Origin: Raillietiella orientalis
Taxonomy: Eukaryota
Assembly (NCBI GenBank): GCA_036172245.1
Contig: JAYWIR010000003.1
Location: 5,084,001-5,148,000, forward strand
Length of the DNA stretch: 64,000 bases
Direction: 5' to 3'
Under the pieces are notes generated by a model. It did not search any database, was not told the DNA's origin, and saw nothing but the letters and a program-made list of their open reading frames with translations. Positions 34,531 to 48,899 of this stretch are shown one piece after another; positions within the stretch are counted from its first letter, which is position 1, and each line of letters begins with the position of its first letter. The position numbers were made by a program, and so were the translations under genes.

Positions 34531-37500
34531 AAGGCAGCCCGCGTTGAACGGATCGATGGCAGAGCCCATCGTGAACCACTGGCCGGAAAGAGAATGACCT
34601 CTTACAGAGAGAGAGGCTGGTCCTCCGGAAAGCAAATGGGGTGCAACAGGGCGGCAGAATGCACTCGAGGAAGGAGAGGAGAAGGGTCTCTCCCCCTCCT
34701 TTCTCCTCCAGCGCCGCTGCTGGCGACCGCCGTTGGGCGCTTACCTTGGGGTCGCGAGCGGCTCGTCTCCTGCCTGGAACGGAGTAGGATGATGCCCGAG
34801 GGGAAGGGGGAGGGGGCAGGCAATGCCTTATCTCTCCATCGCTCTCCCTCTCGGGGAAGTCCCCTCCCCTCATCGTACGGATACGGCCACTTCCTCTCTC
34901 TCCGGTTCCAGGAAGGCGCCGACTTTCCTTTAGCTCCCCTCCGGTCGCTTCTCCGAGCCCTCCCCTGCCCGAGACCTTCCCGGTCCAAGTCGCGAAGGAA
35001 GGAGAGTACCTCGACTTCAGTACCCCAAGCGGCGATCCCCCAGCCTCTAACCCGGCAGGCTCCCGTTGAAACGCACGTGGTTTGACCACCGGTCCAGCTA
35101 CAATCTTTGTTTATCCTTCCATTAAATAAACGGCCCGGCGCAAATGGGAAGCAGCCCTCGCTGATGGCCATCGTGGATGACGTGGCCTGCGATCGGAGTC
35201 GTCAATGGGTGCCCGCTGGATAGGACCGGGGCCTCTTCGGATGCTCTTTCCCTTCCTCCACGGGACTTTGTCGCCCCACGCGCCGCTGTCTTTCCCGGAA
35301 TGGACCAGCTGGCGGCTCGCCTCCCAAAGCGCCCCCCAGCGCATGCTCCTGAGATCTGCGCATCGGGGGACGGCTCCATTACTCCCCGATGCCAGGGACT
35401 CCCACTCGAGGAGGAGCGGAACGTCCCGACCCCGGCGCCCAGGTGCCATCGTTCCCAGGTCCAGCGTCCACGTCGTCGAACCCGCCGGAGCACTCAGGGG
35501 GCACTCGCATCCAGGGACATCTCGGAGAAGGATGGAAGGACGGGGAGTCCCAAGCGTCCGACATCTGCCTAAGCAAAAATGGCTCTCTGCCCCTCCTTCT
35601 GAAGATGGCCACGCCCCTCCCTCCCCACGCCTAGACGCCCGTCGCTATGCGACCCACCACTGCCTGCGACGACGGGTGGCGGGAGTCCAGAAAATCTCGC
35701 CGTCCTCTCCTCTCCCCCCTTTGACCTCTGCCTCTTGACCTGACGGCAGCTGATAGAGAGGAGGATAATGGGATGGAGGGGGGGAAGGATGCTGCTGCTG
35801 CAGCCGCTTCTAAAACATTTCTGGGAAGGCGAAAAAGAAAGGTAGGAGAGAACGAGAGCAGCAGACGGGAGGGAAAGGATGAATTCCTGGCAAAGCCAGA
35901 GAGTACTTGTCCGCGCCTGGAGGTTTCCAGGAGGACCCCGGCACCCCTGTCCTCCTCCCTTTGTCCGTACGTGCCGCCGCGAGACTTCGCGTCCCCTCCC
36001 CCCTTCCGTGCGCCCTCTGCTTCCCAAGAACGTTCCCCTGACGACGTGAGTCCGCAGCAGCAGGGGAAGCGGAGGAGGTCCAGAGTCCGAATCCGCGGCC
36101 GTCGTGGGGGAGGAAAAGGAGATGAAAGAAGTAAGGAAGGGGTGGGGAAGGGGGAGGAGGAACGGCCCAAACGAGGTCCTTCGGGGCCGCATGCTCCGGC
36201 CGTCACTTCCCGGATGCCACCCTCCTCCCATTGCACGCTGCCCCCGCTGGAGGCGTGTCCCATCCGCCACTCCCCGCCTATCTTATCGCCTGCGCCCAGG
36301 TAGCGTCCCGGGGATTCCCACCGATGCCGCCTCAGAGGTAAACAGGATCCCGGGAGGGCGGGGTGAACGCACGCGGCGCAATGCCCCTGCCGCCCTTATC
36401 TGCTTGCGTCATCACCTGCGGCGCGCGCAGGGGTCGCCTCCGCGTTCCCCCCACGCGCGGAGCGTCGACCTCCCTCCCCCCGCCGCCCTCGGGCGTTCCC
36501 TGAGGCGCCGGCGCTATCGCCCCGCCGGCACCTGCCGTCGGAGATTCCGGAGGAGGCGGGGCGGGGGGAAGAGGGGAGAAGATGGGGGACGCGTGGACGC
36601 ACAGGTTCCTCAGGAGGCTGGGAGCACCCCGCCTGATCCTGGGGCCGGCTCTTGGTCCAGGGCGGGGGGGGAGGGAAACGAGTGTCATCCCACCACCACT
36701 CTCCTTTCCTTACCGGAAGGGATGTCGAGAAGAGCCAAGAGGCCCCACCCCGTCCCAGGGTCTGAGCCGCGGACCGGACCATCTCCTCTTTCCGGAGAGG
36801 AGCATCTTCCCCGACTGCCGCCTCTCCAGCCCCTAGGGGTCTTTCCGCCATTCGGGTCTCTTCCTGCATCCTGACCGAGATGTACCCGGTCCAGTAGAGA
36901 GGGGCCGAATGACTTTCCCCACCGGCCATTCGCCTTTCCGGCAGGAGCCTATGGGATCGGGAGGAGCCCTCCTAGTGCGGCACGAGGGCGCTTTCCCAGC
37001 CTTCGTGAAGGGGATCGGCGGGAAGGAAGAGTCCGGGTTCTCGGGAAGGGCGGCAGGAGCAGAACAAGGTAGAGGGGGAAGGATCGTCCACTCGCGTGAC
37101 GCGGGGGCTCTGGGGCATGGGCTAAGGGGATGAGAAAGGGAAACACCTTCCCACCTTCCCACCCCCTTTGTTTCTTCTAGACACTGGCGGCCGGCCCGAA
37201 GACTCCCTTTCCAAAGAGTCTGGGTTTGGGAAAAGTCCTCTGGAGAGCATTCCCCCCCATCGCTAGCAAGAGAACCGCAAGGAGAGGGAGGGGAGGAGCA
37301 GGTGAGTCCGTTCATCCGGACGTTCCCTCCTTCCCCCTCTCATTCTTCCCTGGGAAAATCGCCCAGGGCTCGCGCCGGGGAATGGCGGGCGCCTGTCAAG
37401 ACCCCGCTCGAGCGGCACCTGCGCGGGCCGTCAGTGTCGAGCACACCTCCTCCAGAAGGCGCGAGGGGTGGGGCTGGAGAGGACGCCACCGTCGGAGGCA

Positions 37501-39199
37501 ACGGTCGGGTCCCACCTGAGGATCGAAAGGACTTGCCCCCCCTCGCTCTTTTTACCTTCCTGCCAGGGGATCGGGTCGGGGAGGGAAGCAGGGATTCTCC
37601 CCCTTACTCCAGGAAGAGGAATTCGGAAGCACTCGCTTGCCCAAGGCTGCCCAGGAAGGCTCTTCTCTGGAGGTGACCCTCCAGGACAGCCCGGGAGTGC
37701 TCGCGCGCTCGGGTACCCTCTGCAGACGCCGTCGCGCCACCTGGGTGTGATGACGTAGGAGAGCCTTGAAGGGCAGTGGACCTCACTCCCTCCTGGGCAC
37801 TGGTGGGTGGGGTAGCGGCCGTCAGGAAACATTGGTGAACCCTGGACGCCTCCACACGGCAGGGTGCTTCGGGGGATGCGTCCTCGCCCTCTCCCAGCTC
37901 GGTCACACTGTCCATTGCCCGCGAGGCAGGCCGTGGCCTCGCTCCCGCACTCCCTTCTTCCTTCCTTCCCTCGGTGGCCAAAAGCTGCCGCTGCCGCTGT
38001 CGCCAGTGCAAGGACGGCATACCTACTCAGGAGGGGAAGTAACAGAGTCATCTCCCTGGAGACCGCTCGCCGCGCCTCCCCTCGATCGGAAGGAGAATTA
38101 CCAGTGGCGAGCGCTTTGACGGAGGGTGCTGGGTCAACTCGTGCTCCTGGGGAGGGGGGGAATGCAACTTCCTGGGGGCGCGGTCTGCATTCCCGAGAGC
38201 GTAGGTCGGGTAGCCGCCGCCGGCACGAGTCTTTGGGAGGGGGCATCTCTAGGCATCCGACGGGCAACCGCAGGGAGAAGGGGGAGGGAAAGGAGTCCGA
38301 GCCAGCCCGCCTCGGGTGAGAGAGTAAGGGGAGAGAAGTCTGGGGGGGAGGAGAGGAGCGCGCTGCCGCCGAGTCCGCGGTCTTGCGGCAACGGCCGGAA
38401 TCTCACAAGCGTGCATCCTCAACCAAGACAAAAGAAAACGGAAGCTCCGGCAACGCGGGACCTCTCCGGCGGGGGCGGGAGAAAGGAAGAGTCCGAGCAC
38501 GCCTTCCTCCAAGAGGCCAAGGGCGTCTAGGAGGTGCTGCGTCGGGCGGCCTTCGACATGTCGTTGCCGCGGTGACCAGCCGGGAAGAGTGACGGGCAGG
38601 GAGAAGCGAGGAACCGCTTCCAGGGACTCCTATCTGTCGGACTGCGCCAAAGGAATCGGGGGAGGAAGCGACCGAGATGTTTGCGTCACGGAGCGGGTGA
38701 TTCTTCCAAGATGGCGGCTGCTCGGAAACAACAAATTTCTTGCTTTTTCCGGGACGGTTCCTCGTGGTGGAAGGGTCAGCGCGTTCACTGCCGCTAGGGG
38801 ACTCCAGCGCTGCTGTTGCACCGAGGTAACCAAGGGCGTTCGCTTGCCGTCCGGGGCAGGGTGGAGTGCATCTCTCCGCCACCTCCGTAACCGAGCAGGC
38901 TCGGTCCCATGCCTTCGGGCAGTGTGCGAAACGGGGAGAAAGGACAAGGAACAGAAGAGGCCCGGAGCGGTCACTCAGCTCCGCTGATGCCGAGTCAGTG
39001 CCTCGCGGCGGTCATGGCAACGATAAGGAGGAGGGGGAAGGAGCGACTCACGCTGCTGCTTGAGGTGGCGGACGAGACTTCCCTCCCAACGCCTCAGGCA
39101 GATCCTGCACTCTCATAGAATCTTCCCACGCCGAACGCCTGCCTCCCCCTTTCAGGGATCGTGTTCGAGTGTCCTGACCCCAGTTCTGGGACGTGCGCT

Positions 39200-40500
39200 T
39201 CCCGCTGCCTGTTAGAAAACGAAGCAACGATCAGAAGGCGGGAGTGACCACGCGCCTACTAATTCATCTCCACCGAACTCGTACTCCGTAGGATGGGGAC
39301 ACCTTTGGATGGGACTCCTTCCTAGCCCACGCAGTTGAGTGACCTCGTCCTCGAGATGAAACCACGCAAGCGTCCCTAGATGCTGGACAGATTGTGCAAA
39401 GATCCAAGCAAGGGCTCTTCCTTCCGCTTTGCTGCGGTTCCGCCGACAGGGTCGCGAAGGGGGGCCAGGATGATTGCATCTCCAGCATAGGGGAGCAATT
39501 CGTAGCACCTCCGGAGTCCAGCGAAGCATAACGGCTGGGTGGACCGCAGCCATTCTCGGTGGAGTTGTACATACTGCGACTGCTGACCAAAGCACCCGCA
39601 ATTCGCTCTCCCCTGCGGCGAAAAGATGGACCAAGCTCGGGGAACTACGGACTGACCTGACCGGGTTCGCTACCAAGGGTTTGAGGTGTTTAAGGGTGCG
39701 AAGCGGATCTTCCTGGACTCCAGGATCAGGCAGCACATTGAGGGATGCCTGGGCTTGCCAAGAAGGATGCTTCTTCGAGGACCACATGCCTCGGACTTCC
39801 TAACCTGCCGGATGAGGCAGGCGGCGACGGCAGCTCTTCCGGGATGCAGCGGAGGCATCACCGGACCCCGTGGACTCGACCCACACTGTAGGGAGACGAG
39901 ATGTCCGTGGAGAGTCGAGAACACGACACGGGGGTTTTCCGGAGATACCACCCAGGGACCTTCCGTGCTTGGAAGATTCTGTCCGGCGTCAGCACGGGCA
40001 GATTCCTGTGGTCCGGTGAGGACGCGAGGGGTTTGTGGATGGCGCGGGGATACTGCTGCCCTCGAGTTGCCGGACCATCGACGGCAGGGTGCCAAAGGTT
40101 GTCGCCGGAGACCCCACCTTCGATGAACTCGTACGGATAAAGCTCTCACCGCCGGGCTGCACAGGCTGCGACGTGGAGTGGCGTGGCGCTCCATCATGGA
40201 GCATCTCGACTGGGGGCGGGACGCGTCTTCCGCGTGCTTGGCCAGCAGGGTCCCTGAGAACTCCGCAACGAGCTGGTAGACCTGCCGAGGAGGACGAAGG
40301 CAGGTCACTGGGAGATGCCGGCATCCAGCCGACCAATCCCCGGGACAGATCTGGACTGGCTCTGAGGTACGAGGAGCCAGGAGCTGCCCTCGAGGCTTCC
40401 CGCCCTCTCGAAGGCGACCCAGCGGCGTCGGAAGAAGAGACCAGGAGGAGGAAGGGCTTCTCGACTCTTGGTCCTGCACTTCGGTGCTTGTGCCCTCGGG
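39200..40500 (-). mobile_element. Decayed DIRS-like RT/RNase H relic (may extend to about 42450)
   Basis: QTPRVLT (cf. APRVFTK), VQPGG (cf. L.PGD), RGMWSSKK...SLNVL...RTLKHLKPLV (cf. G.WS...HIN.LEL...ALK.F.P.L). Heavily frameshifted. Confidence 0.38.
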
Positions 40501-42899
40501 CTGGGCAGGATGCGGAAGACGACAAGGTCTCCATGGAGCTCCAGGTCACACGAAGGCGAGCGGGAGGCTCGAAATGGGAATGGACAACGTCCGGATCTGC
40601 CGGGAAACCCACCAGAAACGCCAGATGGGCCACTGACAGCAATCCTGAGTACGAGTGGCCGTGACGACTGAGGGAGAAGACGAGGGTAGCCTGATGTCCT
40701 CCCCTATGTTCATTTCGTTTGCTCGGCACACAGGACACTCGCTTTTGCTTACCTTTCGAGCCGAATGGAAAGTGTCCAGGATGTTTGCGAAGAGCCGTCC
40801 CCTCGGAGACATCCCTGGAGCTAGGGATCCACCCTCCCATTCTTCCATTGTCTCATCAGATCGTTATTGTGTTCCTCCATCGCTGCACGGTACTCAAGCC
40901 TGATGTCACTCCCGCTAGCAACCTCGTGGGGCTCTTGGAGTGGGAGGCTGTCCGATGGACTGATTTGCCTCCACGGTAAAAGGTGGACATCACCCGAATC
41001 GATCACCCATCACACAGTCAGATTGCTGATTACCGGATGAAGGGATCCCCCTCCTGGCTGCCTCTTTCCAGATGCATTTCTCTTTTCTTGTATTCGCCCC
41101 TTCCAGCCCCAGCCCCATCAGACGGTTACCAGGGGTTCGAACCCGGTTACGCCGGGACGTTTATTTTGGAGAAAAAAAAAAAAAATCGACTACAAAGAAT
41201 CGTCCCCAAAACGAGAAAAAAGTTCATCCCGTATAACCACCGGCTCCGGAGGCCGGCTTCCAAAAAGTAGAGAACGGAGGGATAAAAATGAATAAAAAAA
41301 AAGACGGGAGGGTGGGGACAGGGGACTTTGGTATGTGACTTTCCTCAATTTCTAAAAGTGGCTGTGGATGGTAGCAATCTCCCTGACGACTTCTTCTGGC
41401 AGATGAGGCCACCTTACTGCTGCCCTCATGAGGGCTGCTGGCAATAATGGTGGCCTCTTTTCGCCGCGAACTTGATTCTAACACATCTCACTATGGCTTG
41501 GATGCAACCCACTGTTGCAATTACAGCCCCTTTCTTCAGTCCTCTTTCTGTGAAGAATCGTCGCAGCAAGTCCGTTTCAGTGTCCTGTGGTCGACGGAGA
41601 GCCGAAGAGAGTCTCCGCCACGAGTCCACGAGGGCACTGCAGTCCAACAACCTTGAACAGTTCGGGAAGGCAATTTCCCCGGAAACCAGGTGCCTGCGCT
41701 GATTGCACTGGAATCCCCAGTGCAGGAACAGAAGAACATCCTGCTTCCAGAGTAGCGGGAACACGGAAGTGTCCACATACAGGGGAGGTACCACGAGTTC
41801 TTCGGGGGATATACCGATCAGGTTACTCCACCGCAGGAGCTCCGTCGCTCGGAAACCAGGAGGCAATGTTCTCCAACTCCCTCCTCGTCTTCCAGACATC
41901 CAGGATTTTTTCGACTCCCACAATGTTGAAGGAGAACTTCTACCCCGCGGACTACTGTCATTGCTTGTCCTGAGGGCAGGCAGCGCTGCGGCAAGGGGTG
42001 TGACGGCTATCTGGGACCACTGCTTCCAATCCTGCAGGAGATCTGCCAGCTATTTGCGTAGGGGACTTTGCAGAGGTCGCAGTTCCTCTGGGCGCACTTC
42101 CAAAGTGGCAACGCAGGACTCCAGAGCCTCCTGCCCCTACGCATTCCGGTTCATGGTGGAACAGGAGATCCATGGATGAGCTAACAGTAGGAAGGACAGA
42201 TGCCTCAGGGGGTGGCTGAATCCAGGCCTCCGGCGTAGGTTGCACGGCAGCAGCGAAAGCCCTGCGCTCCCAACGCATCGCTGAAGGATGTGGCGGGCCA
42301 GAGCACACCAATGAGAGGACCACAATTTCTCACACAGGGAGAGAAGTCGGAATCGAATCTGGGGTCCTATCTTCTCAATGGTTAGGATGCCCAAGCCAAG
42401 GAGCCAAGGAGCGGCGCCACCAAGTCTTTCAAGCAGCCTGAGGTGTGCACTCGGCAGGTGCACCTCTTCCTGTTCTTTGCTTTATTGTGGTATTCATTTT
42501 CTGGAATAGGCACTTCAATGTAGCCGGGTGATAAATAACCTCCCGTGTCACTGCAGTCTCTATCGTGCCGCTACTATGGCTACCGGGCATAATGCATGCC
42601 GCAATCACTACGCTCTCCGATGGCCATCAAGGCACGGGTCGCTCTTAGAGTAGAGCTCCGAAGAGTTCCCCATTGCCGAGCCGTAAGATGACAGACGTAA
42701 TGCTGAGGCTGGGAGGATCGGAATGTAGACTTTGGGATATCCGAATAGCAGAGTATGCGTTGGAATACTAATGGGACGTCCTCCTCCCGTAGGTCCTAAT
42801 TGTTTGGATGCGTCCTTCTTCGAAGCGTGCTCCCGGGTTCCGTAAGGACCTCTGAAAGAGGGGATTTGCGCCGGGCTGCTAGAGTCAAAAGGGTGGACG

Positions 42900-44100
42900 C
42901 AGCGAGGTGCCGTCTATTGCTGGTCGTCACGGCAGCACGTCAACAGATGCGAACCCCTCGCTTCCGTGCGGGCCATCCATCCTTTTCACGAGGAACGCAG
43001 GGAATCCTCGCCGCGTCAGGATGGTAGGGATCCCCAGAGCTGTCGTGAACTTCGCCACCGCAACCTCTCTGCGGTGGCCTTGTCGGCCACGCCTGCAGGA
43101 GATCGCAAATGCAGCGCACACAGGGCCGCTCAGGAAGGATCGACGGCAACCCGCTACGTCATCACGATGGCCGCAGGGTGTGCGCGCGCACTCGGCAAAG
43201 ACGAGGAAAGGAGGCGGCCTCTCCTCGCACGGCAGCGCGAGAGATCTTGTGGCGGCGCGAATCACCGTCGGAAGGGCACCTTCCAGGGAGCGGGTCGTTT
43301 CGGCTGGCTGGGGACGAGCCCTCGCCTGCGGCCAAATGGAGGAAGGAGAACCAAGAGTGATGACGTTAGATGATGTTCCTCCCCCTCATTCTCCACCGCC
43401 CTCGTATCGAGGAGTCGATTTGCCTGGGTTGTACAACCAGCGGCAGGCTGTCGAATGGAATGCGGGGGTCCAGGCGCATGCGGAGGGAGAAGACCTTCCT
43501 CTGTGGGAGAAGGCACGCGGCCAGGAACGCTTGGTCGACGACACCCCTCTGGAAGCTGCGCACGGGAGGCTGCGCCTGAGGGAAGGAAGCGAAAGTGATC
43601 AGGTTACCGAGAAGGGCGATTGTGACTCCCGCCCACGCAAGGGCCGTTCCCCACACCCGCCGATGCTGGTACACACGGAGGCGCAATGGAGGCTCAAACG
43701 GACGTCGGGCGTGCAGGAAGTCGTCTTCGAGCATCGGTAGGCGACGGGGGGGCGTGTCTTCGTCACTCGCGAGACGACCTTCACCTCGTTAGCGCCCTGC
43801 ATGCCAAGCGAGGTCATCGTGAAGCGGCCGTCAGACCTCACCGCACAGTGGCCCCCTAGTCTTCACGAAAGGCGCCTCCTCCGCAAAGGGTCAGTCCAGG
43901 CGACTCGGCCTCGAGCTGCCCCGGCAACTCGAGAGCGACGACGCGCGTCTCGCGAGGCAGACGGCGAGTGCCCGCAGGGAAGGATGCCGGGCTTCCGACG
44001 ACGGGTCTCCGCCAGCTTCCGGAGACAAGAGCGGCTGGCCTCCGCTGCTGCTGCTGCTGCTTTCCGTCGGTGACCTCGTAAGGATGAGGCGCGCCTCTTC
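42900..44100 (-). mobile_element. Decayed DIRS-like pol fragment
   Basis: ALLGNLITFASFPQAQPPVRSFQR (cf. LLG.LNFASF..P.GRL..R.LQ linker between RT and RNase H). Confidence 0.4.
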
Positions 44101-45949
44101 TCTCTATCCTCCCTGCCCGTCCGCTGCCTTCTGCCTGTCGGAAATCCCGCCATGCCCACCGCAGGTTGTCCGGAGCTGCTCCCCACACGAAAACAAGCGT
44201 CACTGCCGCCGAAGAAGCGGCCTCTGGAGCCTACTCCGAGGAAAAGAGGGCTTTGCTCCTCCCATCGCGCTGCAGCGGCGTGGTCCGGGGACGGGCCAGG
44301 TTCCCTTCCTGCTGGTCTGCCACCGGGCGCTTCGATCCGTTTGACCCATCGCCTCCGAGAGCGCCCAGCTGGGATTCCTCCTTCGACGGCTCTCTCTACG
44401 GGTCCTGGATCCACGAGACCCCTCAATCCTGAGTTTCGGGAGGCCAGCATCTGTCCGCGCGAAAGGATGACTCAAGAAGCCTCCAAAATGCAGCCCATGG
44501 ACCGTGCACAGCTGGAGGGCGTCGCGAGCACACGCGACGGGCGAGTGTACACTCGTGCGAACGCGAGGGCATGCGAGTGGACATTCGCGCTGCAGACGAC
44601 TTGTTCCAATCATGCGTGACACTTCGTCACGTTTGTGGGCGTGAAGGGTGCAACGGTATGGTAGGTACACAACATAGCCATGCATAATTATACACCTACA
44701 CCGCTATGTCGCATGTGTTTCGTGCACAAGATGCGAGAGGTACCGCGGTGGATGCAGGGGCGCGTAAGATCTTCGCCGATCCTTTGCCCTGGGAGAAGGA
44801 CGAAACCACAGGGATCCAGTGGCTTGATCCTTGCGCTGCCCGAAGGCTTCTTCAAGCTATCCTGACCTCTAGAGGCTTGTGAAATCTCCAGCGTTGCCTG
44901 GTCCCTCTGAACAGTCTCCATAAGATCGTTGCATCTTTCCGAGAGAAGTGCCGCTACTCGTTTCCTCGCTTCCTTCGTAGGAAGAGATTACACTCATGGT
45001 GTCCTCTTTGGGATGACCCGCCGGGGACCAGCTTCGACTCGTACAGTGGGTCAAGGTCCCCTCCGCTTGCTGACTCCCTCAGGAAGCACCTCGTTTTCTT
45101 ATTCCAGTTCATTTATTGGAATCGAAGGCCACAGATGAACCGCTTCCGGAAGACATTCCTTCTCAGAGATCGAGCATCTTCCTGCCGCGCTCCTGGAGCT
45201 TGCCCGGGTCGGCTTCACTGCTTGTCCGACTCGCCGCTTCTGGCGGCATCTGGACCCGGCCCAAGCGTGTGGACTTCGTCCGTCTGCTCACCAGGGCTGC
45301 ATCCATCTCTCCAAGGAGAGATACACACGCTCACTGAGTGGGCGGAAGAGAAAAATGGCGCCTGAGGGATGCTGGCTGGGATGTTGGGCGGTTCCAGAGT
45401 GGCACCAACGGTAGAGCAGGAGAAGAATCACTCTTGACACGTTCTTCCCGTGATTGCCGTGTTCCCCATTATGGCCATTGTTTGTACGTGATTTAAGAGG
45501 GCGAGTCGAAGGGGGACTCCAGGTAATAACGGGGGTCGGCTTGAAATGAGAGGGGGGCTGACCCCCATTCCGGGATTCTGTTCTTTGCTGAGAGGGATGG
45601 GTCCGGTGGGCAGTGATTAAGGCAGAATCACTCATCCTCTCACTCGCCCACCATCTCACTGCTGAACTACCCCAGACGCCATCACTCATTCGTCAGCTGA
45701 CTTCCCCTTAAGTTGTCCCGAGAGGTCCCGCCTCCAAAACACGAGCCTTCCCGGCCGCCTCTTCCGCCGCATCCATCTTGCAGCTACCCCCGCCGATCTC
45801 GGGGCCGCGAGGACGCGATACTGCTGTCAGAGTGCGGCGCCGCTGCCTTGTGCTTCCTCGCTGCTCCGGGGCGCGTCCGCTCCCAGGCGGCGAGCGATCC
45901 ACGAGAGGAGCATCTGGAGCTCGGAGATGAGAGAAAGTCGGGAGGGAAG

Positions 45950-47800
45950 CTGCAGGCTTTTAGGAAGGAGAAAGCTAGAGTCTATGGAGCGCCGACGTCT
46001 CGGCGTACGGCGGAGGCTGTTGCCTCCGCCGTACGCCGAGCAGAGCAGAAAAAGGAGGAACAAATTTTCCGGGATGAAGATGAGAATGAGTTAGGTGATA
46101 GGAAGCGACCGCTCCCAAGGTCGCGACGTAGACACGTGGGAGAGCGACCTCTACCGAATGCACTTGAGAGCTTTGGCTCGCAGGTTTCCTTTCCTTGGGT
46201 CACAGGATGCCTGTTAGCGCATGCAGGTTTTCCGGAGCACTCACTCTAGGAGTGCGCGACCAAACGCGCATCCATCTGTCCACAGACGGCGTCAGAAATG
46301 AGTGAGCTTCGAGAAAGAAACGGGTTAGAAGGAAGGAAGGAGGCGCAGCAGAGGGGAGGGGCATTGGTTCGAAACAGCGGATCAAACGGAGGGTCCAATA
46401 GAGAGCAATAGAGTAAGGACGTCCCCTCGAGAAATGCGATTGGAGAAAGCGAAAGGCTGAAAGAACGAAGGATATCGGTGAAATGGTTGAGGAGAGAGAG
46501 AGAGGGTGACGTTCTCTTGGAATCAGCTCTTGTGGCTCATAGTGCGCTGAGGAAAAGTCGCTTCCAGAACCAAAAACACCACCCGCTCGCACGAACCGCC
46601 CCGATGGCCCACATGGAAGCGAAATTAAGAGGTTCTTTTCTTTTTTCTCCTCCTGCTGGCCGTCTGCTTTCCCTCGTCCGTCGGAATCTTTTTAGTGACC
46701 CTCTGTCTGAATCATTGGATCTCTTCACTATGAGCCCCTCTTACTCATTCAAGGTGGTCGGCAGGTGGATGGTGCCTGGCCAGAGCAGAGACAGAAGGAA
46801 CCCTGGTGAAGATCCACAGATAGTAGGGACTCGATAGTAGGGACGAAAGGCGAAGCGCATTATCTAGCAGTTGGATCCCTATGAACTTCTCTCTTGCCTT
46901 CATGCTCCCAGTCATCACCATCATCATCGGCGACTATCATCGTCATCTCAGAAGCCTCGATGCCGAAAGGACCCCAGTTGAACTTTAAGTGGCAAGAAGT
47001 CCGACCTGCAAGAACGTCAAGCTTCGGACTGTCTGATCATGAGAACCACCAGTGGCTCCATTTTAAGAAAGCAGAGCTGACTCTGAGGAATGGACCAAAC
47101 GCTGGATCACGGCGTGCCCGGCTGGACGATGTGGAAGCTGTTGATTTCTGTCGACAGCAAGATGATCGCTGCTGAGGAGTGCTGAAGCAACTGGTCCTGG
47201 AGACGGATGGCGCTCAGTCGTTCAACATGCAAACAACTGCCGGCATCGACCCGTTTTCGCTTTCAGGAGTTACGTAAGTTCCTCAAATTCCAGCGAGTGG
47301 GCGGGTCGCGATGGTGTGAGCGGAAGGGTTCAGACTGGAAATCTCCTACAGACGTCATCGGCGCAAATTATGGCGGTGCTTGTTCCAGTGAGGTTCTCGA
47401 GGTCTCGCACGAAGGGTTCGACGCGAATGGACTGAAGGCGCGGTTCAGTCGATCCCAAGTCCTCAGAAAAATTGCATTTTCCACAGGTCGCATAGCCCCC
47501 ACCCGCATCTCACTGACGAATGCAATCCTCTCCACCGGATGTTTTTACCTTTCTCACACTCTACCAGGCGGACTACACTTCACGGTCGCGAGAAGTGCTC
47601 AGCGTGCCCGTCGGAGAATGCTGGCGGCACTCGTTGTGAGCACCCGCAAAGGCCAGCACGACAGGCGTTGACCGTCAAGCGGTTGGCTTCCACCCTGCCT
47701 TCGCTTGCGTTCGTGATCACGTCCCTCCTCGCTACTGTCCCCAAGCCTCATACCCCTAAGACTAAGCTGGTTCGTAAACACATGCTGCCCAGCTGTTTCT
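45950..47800 (+). mobile_element. Decayed DIRS-like element: RT, RNase H and methyltransferase-like remnants
   Basis: KWLRRER...LLESALVA (YLDD region), TIIVISEASMPKG...WLHFKKAEL (cf. TTDAS...LHIN.LEL), EGFDANGLKARFS...YLSHTLP (cf. DLFAS..N...YAFPP), in the correct order. Cut off at the AT-rich block. Confidence 0.5.
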
Positions 47801-48899
47801 TCTGAAAATCATCCTTATCTTGCAAGTTAGCTTTATATTGTATTATGTAAGATAATGGAAAATTCCGACTACTTGTAAGAAATTCTAGAATTTTCATGGG
47901 TTCTAAATGATTTTCATTGACAAAATTCATAAACTCAACAGAAGCTTTTAAAAATACTCGTGCTAAGAAGACATCTTTTGTAAATTTAAGGAGGCTATTT
48001 AAAGTTCCCTTTAATACTCTAGTATGAAAACGAAAATTCTTTATTCAGAAACTGGTGGGTAATAAATCCGTCAAGAAAAACACCTGTTTCTTTCTAAGGA
48101 AAATTTTTAAAGGGATTGCATTTTGCAAATCATAAAAGAAGGTGATTCTTTAGAAGCTTATGTCCATTTCCAGTTTTAATTACTATCGGATGTGCATTTC
48201 TTTTAAAGACTAGTTAAAAAAACAGATTAACATAGTGCTTCTAGATAAAAAACGAGTTAACATGCTTTTTGACTAATCCTACTCGCCTTTGACACACATC
48301 ATGGTTAATGCATTGGTAAATATGAATGACTTTAACATTGTAGATGCACATTATCATGACACATAAACTCATCGAATGACCTCCACAGATATGAAGTCCG
48401 GGATAGAGTCTAACAAATGTTGCATTGCATTCGTGGAAAACTTCTCTCACTTTCTATCCGGGATTCGGTTCTGGAGTGGACAAGTGTCTGTACAAGGAAA
48501 GCCTGCTTCCGGTTGCGTGCCTGCGCTCGCGTTTTCTCCATGTGTCACTGTTAGTACATTAATGAAAGTGATTAAATATTAAGGCTTCATTCACGTTGAG
48601 AAACGCTGAGATTATTTTACGTGATTAATCTTGGGTGTATTCCTTGCACTGATTACTTGTAAAAATTAATTAGAAGAGTTGACGTTGAAGCAGATCGTGT
48701 ATACGTTACAATGCTTTTTACATTAACAATTTATAAATCTTAAGGAATCCAGATTCATGACTCATATAAACTTGCATCCTTCAAAGCCATAAAGCATGGT
48801 AAGAATACTTAGGCATGACTCATTGAAAGATCAGCGTAATATCAAAACCCAAAACCATCACCACATGAGGCAAATTATTTGAAAGTTCACGTACATGAG

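Noticed and set aside
39440..39495. CWRCNHPGPPSRPC as an intact gag zinc knuckle
   Set aside because: It lacks the correctly placed His and lies in eroded pol-like sequence. Probably chance.
41133..41144. GGGTTCGAACCC B-box suggesting a tRNA or SINE
   Set aside because: No A-box at the proper spacing and no acceptor stem on either strand.
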